A stretch of 64,000 nucleotides of DNA from Verrucomicrobiota bacterium (GTDB lineage: Bacteria; Verrucomicrobiota; Verrucomicrobiia; Opitutales; Coraliomargaritaceae): the NCBI GenBank assembly GCA_039815375.1, contig JBCBZJ010000007.1, positions 1-64,000 on the forward strand. Direction: 5' to 3'. Below are positions 1-10,392 of this stretch, piece by piece. A program made the position numbers and the translations under genes. A model generated the notes under the pieces. The model did not search any database, was not told the DNA's origin, and worked only from the letters and a program-made list of their open reading frames with translations. Position 1 is the stretch's first letter. The number at the start of each line of letters is the position of its first letter.

Positions 1-856
1 CGAAGAGACCGAGTGTAAGATCGAAACGAGAAAGCTCACGGTGTGCCTTGCCCCAACCCTTGGCTTTTAGACTATAGGGTAGAAGGAAAGTCATGTTAAT
101 TCCAACGGCTGAGCCAAACGCACCAATAATAATGTTACGTTGATTGTTGGCGATATAACTCGTCCAGAAACCTGCGTTTTCGCCGGTGGCAGCAATTGCA
201 TCGGAGTATGTGGCAGTCGGACGAAAAAGGGCGCCGAAGTCGGGAATAAGACCTTGGAGCAGGGCGCCCCAGGCGATTGCACCATTGGACGCGAGAACAA
301 CGACAACACCCATGAAGGCAAGAACCACAACAGCGACCAGAGCTTTAAGAACGTAGTCGATAGCCTTTGCCGCCGCACCGCCTTGTCGCGAAAGCCAAAG
401 GAGCGTGAGGCTACCAATTGCGAAAACCGCAGTGATTGCATAGGGCTGCTCGACTCCGGGAAGCACCCCTAGATTATTTTGAGCAGCGTCTGTCCCGAGC
501 GCAAACTGTGCCGAGCAGAAGACGACGTTTGCAACGACTGTCGCAATGAGCCAGCCCCACGCAAGAACAGGCGAAACATTCTTTTTGACGGAGACGAATG
601 GCCGTTCTTCAGACGAGAGTGTAACATGGGAAATGGCCGCTAGCATGATCACACCACATAACATCGCCAGAGGCTGTAGCCACATGAACTGGTAACCGCC
701 AATAACTCCGAGATAGAGCGCGCCGACGAGAGAGCCTCCGCCGAGCGTAACGGCCGCCTGCACCCAGCCCGGGCCTGTAAGTCCAGCGTATCCGCTGAGT
801 CGACCTAGAAATTTGCGCTGCTGAATCTCTCCAATTTTAGCACGATCAATAGACAT
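1..856 (-). CDS. Nramp-like divalent metal cation transporter (runs off the left edge; missing from the ORF track)
   Basis: Manual translation from ATG at 856: MSIDRAKIGEIQQRKFLGRLSGYAGLTGPGWVQAAVTLGGGSLVGALYLG..., open to position 2, many hydrophobic helices, later AVGINMTFLLPYS. The GPGW..A.TLGGGS start is typical of Nramp-like proteins of Planctomycetes/Verrucomicrobia. Confidence 0.75.
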   Translation of the reverse strand, partial: MSIDRAKIGEIQQRKFLGRLSGYAGLTGPGWVQAAVTLGGGSLVGALYLGVIGGYQFMWLQPLAMLCGVIMLAAISHVTLSSEERPFVSVKKNVSPVLAWGWLIATVVANVVFCSAQFALGTDAAQNNLGVLPGVEQPYAITAVFAIGSLTLLWLSRQGGAAAKAIDYVLKALVAVVVLAFMGVVVVLASNGAIAWGALLQGLIPDFGALFRPTATYSDAIAATGENAGFWTSYIANNQRNIIIGAFGSAVGINMTFLLPYSLKAKGWGKAHRELSRFDLTLGLF

Positions 857-879
857 AATCAGATCTTTCTTAATCCTGT

Positions 880-2214
880 TTAAAGTTTCCGGATCAGAAC
901 GTTTCGATACCAGACTTCATCGAGATGATCCTGCAGTAGGATAGGGCCGGTCCATGTGCCAAAACCCTCATTCTTATGATACTTGCTGGCTACAAACTTT
1001 TCGTTCCAATCAACGCTGCCAATCTCTGCGATAACTACTTTTTCTCCATTCAACCAGTGCTCGATATGATTACCCTTGGCCACGATACGGCCGTTGTTCC
1101 ATTCCCCCGCCGGGCGATAGGATTTACCGTCAGGCGCGGCGTAGAGATCATACAATGATGCGGTGCGATGCGTAGGATTCTTACGATCCCTGTGGCGTTC
1201 GTCATCGAGGATTTGATATTCCAGGCCGAGACGTTTCTCAGGGATTACTCGGTATTTGATGCCTGAGTTGCCTGAAGAAGAAACCGCCCATTCGAATCTC
1301 AGTTCAAAATCTGAATATTTATTTTTGGTAACAATGGCACCTGGTTTCAGGCCGCCACGAAAAACGACGCCGTCACGTATCGTCCATCCGCTCGATACCG
1401 GTTTTCCATCAAAGCGAGTCCATGCAGAAAAGTCGCCGGATTCGAAAAGATCGACAAAAGAGTCATTCAATTCCTTGATTTTGATTTTACGGAAGTGAAC
1501 TTCGCCGCCTGAGCCTGAGTGGACTTGAAGGGAGATATGTCCTTCCAGGTATTCCTGAGTTTCGTAATGCGCTGCTGGAATGCCATTGACCCAAGTCTTG
1601 ATCGTAGGTCCGTTGCAGGAAATAGTAACGCGGTTCCACTCATCTTTTTTGAGTGCTTTGCGAACCTCTGCATGTGCGTCCAACCAGAGCGGGTAATACC
1701 AGCCGCCTGCAGATTGCCCGTAGATGCCACCGGACCAGCCCCGATTGTTGCTTGGAAAGCCTTCCATCTCAACTTGTGTTCCGTAAACAACTTTGTTCTC
1801 TCCCTCACCATCGCGTAGTTTGGCCCGAACCATGATACCGCTGTTTGAATTCTCTGCCCAATACAGCTCGGCAGTCAGGATGAAATTCGTGTAGTTGCCA
1901 CCATCTGTCGTGAGGTAAGCGCTCTTCTCGCCTTTGACTACTTTACCAACAATTTTAGAGGGCAGGGGTTGGTAGATCATCTCACCGCCGTAAATCGTCC
2001 AGCCCTCAAGATCTTTACCGTTATAAAGATCGACAAAGTCGCTGGTGATGGCCGGTTCGGAATCGGTATTAATCAATGCTTCTTCCGGAGCAACTTTGTC
2101 TTTCTGATTCTTGTATTTGTTGATGAATCTTTGCTGACTTTCGGAAATATTGTCAGCAGGAAGCCAGCTGACAAAGCAGCATACCAGAATTAAAAGTAAG
2201 GGGTATTTTTGCAT
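880..2214 (-). CDS. Secreted tandem DUF1080 (3-keto-glycoside hydrolase-like) protein
   Basis: Two repeats with LYNGKDLEGW / NSGI / WN / LQ.H / (F/Y)R.I motifs. Start moved to MQKYPLLLILVCC (ATG 2214), which gives a signal peptide and removes the overlap with the upstream gene. Confidence 0.85.
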   Translation of the reverse strand: MQKYPLLLILVCCFVSWLPADNISESQQRFINKYKNQKDKVAPEEALINTDSEPAITSDFVDLYNGKDLEGWTIYGGEMIYQPLPSKIVGKVVKGEKSAYLTTDGGNYTNFILTAELYWAENSNSGIMVRAKLRDGEGENKVVYGTQVEMEGFPSNNRGWSGGIYGQSAGGWYYPLWLDAHAEVRKALKKDEWNRVTISCNGPTIKTWVNGIPAAHYETQEYLEGHISLQVHSGSGGEVHFRKIKIKELNDSFVDLFESGDFSAWTRFDGKPVSSGWTIRDGVVFRGGLKPGAIVTKNKYSDFELRFEWAVSSSGNSGIKYRVIPEKRLGLEYQILDDERHRDRKNPTHRTASLYDLYAAPDGKSYRPAGEWNNGRIVAKGNHIEHWLNGEKVVIAEIGSVDWNEKFVASKYHKNEGFGTWTGPILLQDHLDEVWYRNVLIRKL

Positions 2215-2236
2215 ACAATCAATTGAAGGATAAGAT

Positions 2237-3697
2237 TTAAGTGTGCATCGTGTAGAACTCTTCCCAACCAACACGTGGCGCAGGATCGAGCAGCGCATTA
2301 CCTACGGCACTGTTAGTGATTTTCTTTTCAGCCGCGTCAAAGGCAATTTCCCCGCCGATACGTTGGGCGATAACACCGAGATTAAATACCTGAGTCAGCG
2401 GACCACTCACGCTGAATGGAGAACGGGTTTCTTCTTCACCCTTACATGCCAGCAAGAAGTTTTCATAGTGGTTGCTGTTCTTCTGCGAGAAGGCTGGAAG
2501 CGATTTACGCATATCCATAAACTTCTGGCGCGGCACGATCTGAAGAACGTCGGCGTGTGAGCCTCCTTTGAAGACGAGGTCCTTTCCGTAAATGATTTTC
2601 CCGGGGTTACCAACCACTTCTGGTTTTCCATCTCCAGTATACTTTGCTTCCAAATTCGGCTTGTTTTGGGTGCCGTCATACCAGGTAACCTTGCAGGCAG
2701 GTAAATCGGGACCACGCGCGGCGAAGGAAAAGTCAATAGTCGAGGCCTGTGGGTAGACGAGATCGTTAGTGCCTTCGCGTTTTACTGCGGTGATGGTCTG
2801 CGGCATGCCTAGCTCAAGAAAGCGGTGGCATGTGTCGAGGATGTGCGGGCCCCAGTCTCCAAATGCGCCACTGCCATATTCGAACCAACTGCGCCAGTTC
2901 TTCGGATGCAGTTTTCTACTGAAGGGACGCTCTGCAGAGACGACATCATACCATTGATTCCAATCGATGTCGGATGGCTTAGAATCACTGGGATACTCCG
3001 TCACACTTTGCCCCCATCCGTGCCAGCGGCGCTTGTTGTTCATATGCGCTGTAATGCGGGTAACGTCTTTGATTACACCGGCTTCACGCCAGGCCTTAAA
3101 CTGAAAATAATTCCCGCCAGAGTGACCCTGGTTGCCCATTTGGGTGGCTAAGTGAGGGTTTTTTACTGCCATCTGTATCAGGCGCTCGCACTGTCCGAAA
3201 GTGTGTGCGAGTGGTTTCTCGACATAGACATGCTTACCCAGAGACATGGCGAGCATGGTTACGGCGAAGTGGGCATGGTCCGGGGTCGAAACGAGAATCG
3301 CATCGATCTCGTTACCCATCTCGTCGAACATTTTCCGAAAGTCTGTAAAGGTGCGTGCCTTGTGGTTCGGGTAGACTTTCTGCAGGTTGTCATTCTTTTG
3401 GGGGATCGGAGGAATAACACCAAAGCGTATCAGCGCTTCCTGTGAATGCTTGCCGTCGAGATCGATGTCGCAGAGCGCGACAACATTACACAGGCCAGTT
3501 TGCATTGCAGCCTTCCAGTTGCTGTTGCCACGATTACCAACACCAATCACGGCAAGATTCACTTTTTCGCTTGGTGCAATGCCAGTGGAGGATTTCGAGC
3601 CAAGTGCGATATAGGATGGAAGGATTGTGATAGCGCCGAATGCCGCAGATGACTTTACAAAGCTCCTTCGAGTAATACGGGGGATTGTCTGATTCAC
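2237..3697 (-). CDS. Gfo/Idh/MocA family oxidoreductase with Tat signal
   Basis: TRRSFVK twin-arginine leader, IGVGNRG Rossmann motif, STPDHAH, VEKPLA, GDWGPHILD. GTG start. Confidence 0.9.
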   Translation of the reverse strand: MNQTIPRITRRSFVKSSAAFGAITILPSYIALGSKSSTGIAPSEKVNLAVIGVGNRGNSNWKAAMQTGLCNVVALCDIDLDGKHSQEALIRFGVIPPIPQKNDNLQKVYPNHKARTFTDFRKMFDEMGNEIDAILVSTPDHAHFAVTMLAMSLGKHVYVEKPLAHTFGQCERLIQMAVKNPHLATQMGNQGHSGGNYFQFKAWREAGVIKDVTRITAHMNNKRRWHGWGQSVTEYPSDSKPSDIDWNQWYDVVSAERPFSRKLHPKNWRSWFEYGSGAFGDWGPHILDTCHRFLELGMPQTITAVKREGTNDLVYPQASTIDFSFAARGPDLPACKVTWYDGTQNKPNLEAKYTGDGKPEVVGNPGKIIYGKDLVFKGGSHADVLQIVPRQKFMDMRKSLPAFSQKNSNHYENFLLACKGEEETRSPFSVSGPLTQVFNLGVIAQRIGGEIAFDAAEKKITNSAVGNALLDPAPRVGWEEFYTMHT

Positions 3698-4239
3698 CTA
3701 GTTGATGAGTTTAACGATGAACAAATTGTTTCGCCAAAAAACAGAGGTCGATCTTAAGATTAGCTGACTAACAAAAAGTTTATGGATTCCAGGCTTTAGC
3801 AAGTGAAAAGAATTTTGTCCGTCTGCTTTATGCCTAGATTTGTGAACACTAGGGTCGCAGTAATATAAGAAGCCTCAAACTGTTAACATTCTGGACCAGT
3901 CAGGAGGTAACGGTCCTGTAAAGCTTGTAGATGTTTCAAGTCGGCTAATAGCTACCGTTTTCAGCTTTGAGAAAGATTCACTAACTTGAGCACTCGCGCT
4001 GGATGCCAGAAAGTTGAAAAAATTACAAATCGCACCTTTTAAGAATTAAGTAGAACAATAATCCGAAGGACCAATGCGATTTGGAAAATTTCCATTATTT
4101 TGTAATCAAATAGCTCATTTTCAATGGTTTGAAGATTATGTATATGTAAGAAAATCTAGCTTTTTGTCTAATTCAGGAAGGCCGAAGAGATTAAATTCTT
4201 GTCATATCGCGTCAGCTACTGCTTCGTTAAGACACTGCT

Positions 4240-5079
4240 ATGACAACTGCCCCCCCTGCCAGTGGATCAAGCCTAAGCGACCAAAAAGCTTTTCTCGAGA
4301 GCTTACGACCAGGCCAGCTGATGGAAGCTCTCTTTGATAATATTGAGGGAGCGCACTATTTTGTAAAAGATCGGAAAAGTCGATTTATGGGAGGCAGCAA
4401 GAGTTTTGCGGCGACTCTGGGTGAAGATTCAATTAAAGCCATGGTCGGAAAGACGGACTACGATTATAGCCCCGATTTCTTAGCCGATGTTTTCTCTACC
4501 GATGATCAGCAGGTAATGAAATCGCGTAACCCGATTTTCGATAAGATCGAGCTGGTTCCTTCCGCAGATGGATCTCTTGACTGGCTCTGCACAACCAAGA
4601 TACCTCTCTTCGGGCGGGACAACGAAGTTGTGGGCCTCGCAGGCTTGGCTCGAATTATTAGCGATTCGGACAGTGTTTATGCCGAACATCCCGAAATGCA
4701 TCGAATTGTTGACTATGTTCGAGTCCATTATCGTGAAAAGCTAACTGTTGCTGACATGGCGGAGGTCGCTGGTATTTCCGTCAGTTCCCAGGAGCGCTTA
4801 TTTCGAAAAATGTTTGGACTCACTCCTCTAATGTATTTGCGTAAAACTCGTTTAAATGCTGCCTGCAAATTGTTGCGTGAAAGCGATGTATCTTTGGCTG
4901 AAATTGCCAGTGCCTGCGGCTTCAATGATCAAACAAACATGACTCGCGCATTCCGTCTGGAATTAAAAATAACACCGCTCCGTTATCGGCGCCGTTTCAG
5001 TCATTCGTCACCGAAGCCCAAATCGAAACAGAACCAAGTTCATTCATCATCTCGCGACCTCGAACTCGCATTCAATTAA
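4240..5079 (+). CDS. AraC-family transcriptional regulator with N-terminal PAS domain
   Basis: PAS-like YFVKDRKSRF...GKTDYD...TTKIPL; C-terminal AraC HTH (LFRKMFGLTP, IASACGFNDQ, ITPLRYR). Confidence 0.9.
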   Translation: MTTAPPASGSSLSDQKAFLESLRPGQLMEALFDNIEGAHYFVKDRKSRFMGGSKSFAATLGEDSIKAMVGKTDYDYSPDFLADVFSTDDQQVMKSRNPIFDKIELVPSADGSLDWLCTTKIPLFGRDNEVVGLAGLARIISDSDSVYAEHPEMHRIVDYVRVHYREKLTVADMAEVAGISVSSQERLFRKMFGLTPLMYLRKTRLNAACKLLRESDVSLAEIASACGFNDQTNMTRAFRLELKITPLRYRRRFSHSSPKPKSKQNQVHSSSRDLELAFN

Positions 5080-5091
5080 CACACACCTATC

Positions 5092-6642
5092 GTGAAACAT
5101 AGTAAAAACGACCAAATCGTCTTCTGGGGCTCTTTTATCGCCCTGATCACAACCTCGATGGCCTTCATCATACGCGCCATTCTTATTAATGGTGGCATGT
5201 GGCCAGAACAATTCGGCCTCGATAATACGCAGGCTGGTGCTCTCTTTGGCGCAGGCATCTGGCCCTTTGCAATCAGCATCATTGTCTTCAGTCTGGTTAT
5301 CGACCGTGTTGGCTATAAGTTCGCGATGTTTTTTAGCTTCGGCTGCTACGCCGTCTTTGGAGCTATGGCTATGATGGCCTACAGCACGATCAACGGCGAG
5401 GTAAGTGATCTCGCTGCGGCACAGGCAAAAGCTTACACGCTTCTCTACTGGGGCTCGGTGATTCTTGGTCTCGGTAATGGAACCGTCGAAGCCTTTATCA
5501 ATCCTGTGGTGGCGACACTCTTTAAAGATGAGAAATCGAAATGGCTTAATATCCTTCATGCCGGTTGGCCGGGTGGTTTGGTTCTCGGTGGCGTCCTTAC
5601 AATCATGCTTAGTGGTGCAGTAGGCACTGACTGGCGCATCTTTATCGGTCTGATCTTCCTCCCTGCCTTCGTTTATGTGATCATGCTGACCAAGGCTCAA
5701 TTCCCGGTAAATGAACGTGTTGCTGCCGGCACAAGCTACCGCGAGATGCTCGCCGAATTCGGTGCAATTGGAGCTCTGATTGCGTTTGCACTCATTTTTG
5801 TCCAGCTTGGTCAGGTCTTTGCCTGGCCTGCAGCACTGACATGGGGCCTCACTGCGATTACCGTAGCGGCTTATGGTTTTTACTGCCGTTCGATTGGAAA
5901 CATCCTCCTAATTGTAATGGTCATTATCATGATGCCACTTGCGACGACTGAAATCGGCACAGACGGCTGGATCTCCGGGCTTATGGAGAAGCCCATGCAT
6001 GAAGCGGGTTATAATGCTGCTTGGGTGCTTGTTTATACTTCTGCGATCATGATGGTTCTTCGCTTCTTTGCGGGCCCAGTCATCGCTTTCTTCAAACCAC
6101 TTGGATTGCTCGCGATTTGTTCCGTTCTTGCGATCATTGGCCTTTATTTGCTCTCGTTCTCAAGAGGTCTTGCGATGATTTTTGCTGCAGCAACGCTCTA
6201 TGGTGTTGGCAAGACTTACTTCTGGCCGACCATGCTTGGCGTCGTCGCGGAGCAAACTCCGAAGGGTGGTGCACTTACTCTAAATGCAATTGCCGGTATC
6301 GGCATGCTCGCAGTTGGTATTCTGGGCTTTCCATTCATTGGCTTCCTTCAGGACAGCTCCGTCAGTAATTCGGTTAAAGAAGAGATACCTGCCGTCTACG
6401 AACAGATCGCGGTTGAGAAGGAATATGTTCTGGGTAACTACAGCTCACTCGATTCCGAAGCGGTTATGGCATTGCCTGAATCCGCTAAAGAGCAAATCAG
6501 TGCGATTTCCGAGCGTGAGTCACAAGGCGCACTGGCGAAGATGGTTGCTTTCCCAGCATTTATGCTCGTTTGCTATCTTGGATTGATCGCCTACTTCAAG
6601 TCCCAAGGCGGATACAAGCCGAAGGTTCTGGCTCAGCATTAG
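5092..6642 (+). CDS. MFS transporter, probably sugar
   Basis: About 12 TM helices; IDRVGYK MFS loop motif; GNGTVEAFINPVVA and LHAGWPGG as in fucose-permease-like MFS. GTG start. Confidence 0.85.
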   Translation: MKHSKNDQIVFWGSFIALITTSMAFIIRAILINGGMWPEQFGLDNTQAGALFGAGIWPFAISIIVFSLVIDRVGYKFAMFFSFGCYAVFGAMAMMAYSTINGEVSDLAAAQAKAYTLLYWGSVILGLGNGTVEAFINPVVATLFKDEKSKWLNILHAGWPGGLVLGGVLTIMLSGAVGTDWRIFIGLIFLPAFVYVIMLTKAQFPVNERVAAGTSYREMLAEFGAIGALIAFALIFVQLGQVFAWPAALTWGLTAITVAAYGFYCRSIGNILLIVMVIIMMPLATTEIGTDGWISGLMEKPMHEAGYNAAWVLVYTSAIMMVLRFFAGPVIAFFKPLGLLAICSVLAIIGLYLLSFSRGLAMIFAAATLYGVGKTYFWPTMLGVVAEQTPKGGALTLNAIAGIGMLAVGILGFPFIGFLQDSSVSNSVKEEIPAVYEQIAVEKEYVLGNYSSLDSEAVMALPESAKEQISAISERESQGALAKMVAFPAFMLVCYLGLIAYFKSQGGYKPKVLAQH

Positions 6643-6650
6643 TTCTAACT

Positions 6651-7289
6651 TTGGATAAATTTGTTAAAGTATTTCTAGCTCTCGCCGTTGCAATGATTGC
6701 TTCGGCGGGGGCTTCCTTGCCCAAATACTCAAGCATCGACGAGGCAATTGCTCGAGGCGATGTCGCGGATGTAAAGGCACATGTCGCGGCGTTTCCAGAG
6801 CGGGCTGTCAAGGGTAAGCATCCTAAGCTGACACCCCTGAACCAGTCGATTCTAAGAAAGCAAACGGAAATTGCACTCGTCCTGATTGCTTCCGGTGCTG
6901 ACGTAAATGCCACGGATCCGAGCAAGCGCACACCGCTACATCTCTGTGTTGAAAGAAACCTACCGAAAGTTGCCGAGGCCTTGTTGGAAGCGAAAGCAAA
7001 ACCCGATGAGCTCGACAAAGGAGGTTGGACGCCACTGCACAATGCCGCAGCAAAGGATCGCCTTGAAATGGCGACTGTTCTTGTCAAAGGAGGTGCAAGC
7101 TTGGCTGCTCTTTCCGAGCGGGGTGGGTCTCCTCTTCATGAAGCAGCGGCAAGTGGCGGTCTGGAACTGGTTCAGCTGTTTCTTGATAACGGCGTCGATC
7201 TTTCGATAAAGGCTGCTGATGGAAGCACCGCCTTAGACGTAGCAAAGCGATATGAGAACTCTGCGGCGATCAAGCTCCTGTCAAAGTAG
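6651..7289 (+). CDS. Secreted ankyrin-repeat protein
   Basis: Repeated TPLN/TPLH/SPLH ankyrin motifs. TTG at 6651 gives a signal-peptide-like leader and avoids overlap with the MFS gene; start uncertain. Confidence 0.8.
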   Translation: MDKFVKVFLALAVAMIASAGASLPKYSSIDEAIARGDVADVKAHVAAFPERAVKGKHPKLTPLNQSILRKQTEIALVLIASGADVNATDPSKRTPLHLCVERNLPKVAEALLEAKAKPDELDKGGWTPLHNAAAKDRLEMATVLVKGGASLAALSERGGSPLHEAAASGGLELVQLFLDNGVDLSIKAADGSTALDVAKRYENSAAIKLLSK

Positions 7290-7308
7290 GGAGCTTGATC
7301 GCCAAGAG

Positions 7309-10122
7309 CTACTGCATTTCGATTGTAACGATCTTTCCGTTCGATACTGAAAGCTGAATTGCACCTTCAGAAAGTTCAATGGCTTCGCCCCGAACTTCGT
7401 TTAGGTTGGTCAGCCAAGCTTCTTTGATGCCGAGACCCGGCTTGATTTTGACGGATTGTTCGCTGCCGGACGGGTTGTGCAGACGCATGATGACAGAATT
7501 ACGGTCTGCCGCTTTCTTGAAAGTCGTCATGACAACCGCATCATTATCGATTGAATAGTGTGAGGCCGAAACTGGCAGATTGCCGCCCTTGTTATTCGAA
7601 ATCTGGACCGGTGTGATGGGTGCATTGAGTTTGTCGGCTTCGGCATAGACCTTCCCTTCGACCCAGTCGCCCTTATGCGGGTAAATCGCATATTCGTAAT
7701 CTAGAGTCTGGAGCATCTGGCTACCGAGTTTCTCGGGGAACTCAGAAGAGACGCGCGATTCAGTGCAAATTCGATTACGAATCGCCCGGAGCAAGGTGAG
7801 TGCAAGTGTGCCGCGATCATCTTCAAGCAACTGAAATTCAGTAAGACAGTTGTTTAGCACAGAAAGACCATTTTCACCGTTATTGACAGAGCAGAACTCG
7901 GCCATCGGACGAAGTGCCATTTCCGGATAGAATTCTCCACCGGCGTCCTTCTCGTGGACGACACCACGGCGGTCGACTGTAAAGTGACCCGCCGCATCGG
8001 AAAAGTCGGCTTGGATGTCTGTCGGGATCATCAAACGGACCCGGTGGTCTTTTGCCTGATTGTCGATGGTAGTCTTTACCTTCAGGTGCTTGCTGTCTTT
8101 GTTTAGCGTAACCTTGGATACAATCTTCAAGTCTACCAGATCTTCGCTGCGCTTGCCATAGCCCTGATGCGTGACCGTGCCGTATTCGGCTCGGGCGGGA
8201 ATTTTCATTATGGTTTCGATTCCGATTGTCGCACTCAGCGGACCATTGTCCTCCATCCAAATGCGTGAACCGAAACCGCGACTGCTGATAATCTGGTTGT
8301 TGTAGGGTGCGAAATAAGCCCAGTAGTCACCCGTATCACCTTCGTCCTCAAAAGCATGCATGTTGCTAATGGTGCGTCCGTCGGACTTATCAGTTAGATC
8401 AAACGTGCCGTCAGGATTGACCACTACTTTGAGAAAATCGTTCTCAAGTAGGTGAGTGCCCTTACCAATAAAACCGCCGGGGCTCTTACGCATTGCAGGC
8501 CACCATTCCTCTTCACGCCAGAATTCCGATTCGTGGGTGACTTTCACAACCTTATATCCGCCAGCAGGGATTTCACCGGTTTCGAGATAGACAAAATGAC
8601 GGTCGACATTGAAAGGCCATGGACGGGCCTCAATGTCGTGAACGGGTTGCTTGTGTTGATCACGCGAAATTGCCTGAACGGACAGTTTCGAGCCATCGGC
8701 TTCTTCGGCGCCAATAGCCCAGACGTTTTTCTCCTCAGGAGTGTCTACTACGATCTTAATGATCTCATTAACAGGTCGTGGCTGTGGATTGTGAAGTAGC
8801 AAAAGCTGATCGTCCTGCGCAAAAGCCGAGAGGTCGAGGTTCGTCAAAAGACTGGCGACACTGTCTTCATAGATGGTTTCGCTGATCTCAATCGCTTGAT
8901 TAAGACGGTAGATGTTATCATCAACTGTCTTGTCCTGCGTGACTCCGTTGATCGAATCGTGTGGATGAGCTTTTAGGAGGTAATCCCAGCCACGCTTGAA
9001 GAAGCCCTCGGAATACCCGAGGCCAAGTGCATTGAGCGATGCTGCAAGTGGCTCGGTTCGGCGGATAAGCGAGTTCTCAGCCTTCTTATTGAGCTGTTTG
9101 ATGTGTATGCGTGTTGCTAATGCATTGGCAGAAGCACCACAAGGTTCACCATCCCGCAGCTCGCCTTCGACGACCGGCACCTGGCTCCGGTCAATTTTCT
9201 CTTCGAGGACATCGAAATACTCATGCAGTGAACCCATACGGAACTCAATGTCCTCGATGGCCTCGTTACAGTCGGCCACCATTCTGGGCAAGTAAGGATT
9301 CGGAGTCGAAAAGTCGCAGCCGCACATGAGCAAACGCCAGTCGTCCACGAGAGTTTCGCCCATATTGTCCCAGGTCCGTTGTGCAGCATCTTTGACGTTT
9401 TCCTTGAAATATCCGTCTTCGTGATCAATGCGGAAATAGTCGTTTCGTGCCATATCGGCATCCGCACGGTGGAAGGCGACTCCGGTTTCACCCCATTTCC
9501 AGGCAAACTCGTTGTCGTCGTAAATATTATTCAAGCGGACAGGGAAGTGCAGATAGAAATAGCCATTCTGACGGGTAAAGTGCCCGAGTCTTGAGGTTAA
9601 AACCTGTGAACCATCCGGAGCAGTCCACATGAATTCACAGTGCGGCGCGCGCTCTTTGGAGACTTTTTTGGCAGCAACCGCATAGTTGATTCCGAGGCTT
9701 TGATAAATTTGCGGGAACTGCGCGGTCTGGCCCCAACCAAATGTGTGGTAAGCAATCGGGTTGTAACCCCCAAACTCTTCGGCAAAGCGCATGCCTCTAT
9801 TTAGGTTACGAATTAGACACTCGCCCGCGATTGGAAAGAGATCGGGGAGGGTATACCAAGGGCCGATTACCAGCTTGCCGGATTTTACCTGCGCGGCAAT
9901 ACGCTCACGATTCTCAGGCTTGATCTCAAGGTAGTCGTCGAGGCAGACGGTTTGTCCATCCAGCAGAAATCCCGAATAATTCTCATCTTTTTCCAGAATA
10001 TCGAGAAGCCAGTCCATGAACTCGATCAGGAGGGCGCGATTTTTCCAGATCGGGTAGCGCCACTCGCGATCCCAGTGTGTGTGTGCGACGACGATCGCAG
10101 TTTTAGAAACCTTTTTGCTCAT
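7309..10122 (-). CDS. Glycoside hydrolase family 38 (alpha-mannosidase/MngB-like) protein, atypical active site
   Basis: AHTHWDREW, FLLDGQT, IGPWY, HDSING and a C-terminal beta-sandwich. The nucleophile motif reads YHTFGWGQ instead of PD(S/T)FG. Confidence 0.85.
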   Translation of the reverse strand: MSKKVSKTAIVVAHTHWDREWRYPIWKNRALLIEFMDWLLDILEKDENYSGFLLDGQTVCLDDYLEIKPENRERIAAQVKSGKLVIGPWYTLPDLFPIAGECLIRNLNRGMRFAEEFGGYNPIAYHTFGWGQTAQFPQIYQSLGINYAVAAKKVSKERAPHCEFMWTAPDGSQVLTSRLGHFTRQNGYFYLHFPVRLNNIYDDNEFAWKWGETGVAFHRADADMARNDYFRIDHEDGYFKENVKDAAQRTWDNMGETLVDDWRLLMCGCDFSTPNPYLPRMVADCNEAIEDIEFRMGSLHEYFDVLEEKIDRSQVPVVEGELRDGEPCGASANALATRIHIKQLNKKAENSLIRRTEPLAASLNALGLGYSEGFFKRGWDYLLKAHPHDSINGVTQDKTVDDNIYRLNQAIEISETIYEDSVASLLTNLDLSAFAQDDQLLLLHNPQPRPVNEIIKIVVDTPEEKNVWAIGAEEADGSKLSVQAISRDQHKQPVHDIEARPWPFNVDRHFVYLETGEIPAGGYKVVKVTHESEFWREEEWWPAMRKSPGGFIGKGTHLLENDFLKVVVNPDGTFDLTDKSDGRTISNMHAFEDEGDTGDYWAYFAPYNNQIISSRGFGSRIWMEDNGPLSATIGIETIMKIPARAEYGTVTHQGYGKRSEDLVDLKIVSKVTLNKDSKHLKVKTTIDNQAKDHRVRLMIPTDIQADFSDAAGHFTVDRRGVVHEKDAGGEFYPEMALRPMAEFCSVNNGENGLSVLNNCLTEFQLLEDDRGTLALTLLRAIRNRICTESRVSSEFPEKLGSQMLQTLDYEYAIYPHKGDWVEGKVYAEADKLNAPITPVQISNNKGGNLPVSASHYSIDNDAVVMTTFKKAADRNSVIMRLHNPSGSEQSVKIKPGLGIKEAWLTNLNEVRGEAIELSEGAIQLSVSNGKIVTIEMQ

Positions 10123-10189
10123 GTAATGTCTTTTTTATCAGATAGTAAAACTGATCATAAAGTTATTAATTATAGTGCCCTTTTTGCGG

Positions 10190-10201
10190 GTAAACGTTTT
10201 A
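10190..10201. promoter_or_regulatory. Possible LacI-family operator
   Basis: Palindrome AAACGTTT (10192-10199) in the AT-rich divergent gap between the GH38 and sulfatase genes; resembles the AAxCGxTT core of LacI operators. No LacI gene in the window. Confidence 0.3.
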
Positions 10202-10392
10202 TCATCAAATAAAATTCACGGCTGTAAATGAATTTCATTCGATTGCTTCTTATTTCTTTTTTTCCAAACTTTGCACGTTGATCTCACACTGAGATTAACA
10301 ATTTTGCTTTTCTGCTTTGGATCTCGTTCGCCATGATTTAGAGTCGATCAATTCAATGGAGTCTTTATTTCTACCCGCACCATATTGATTAA

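Noticed and set aside
91..472. ORF-track entries 91..441 (-) and 140..472 (+)
   Set aside because: Shadows of the real minus-strand transporter frame 856 to <1. The many short ORFs nested in long genes elsewhere were dropped for the same reason.
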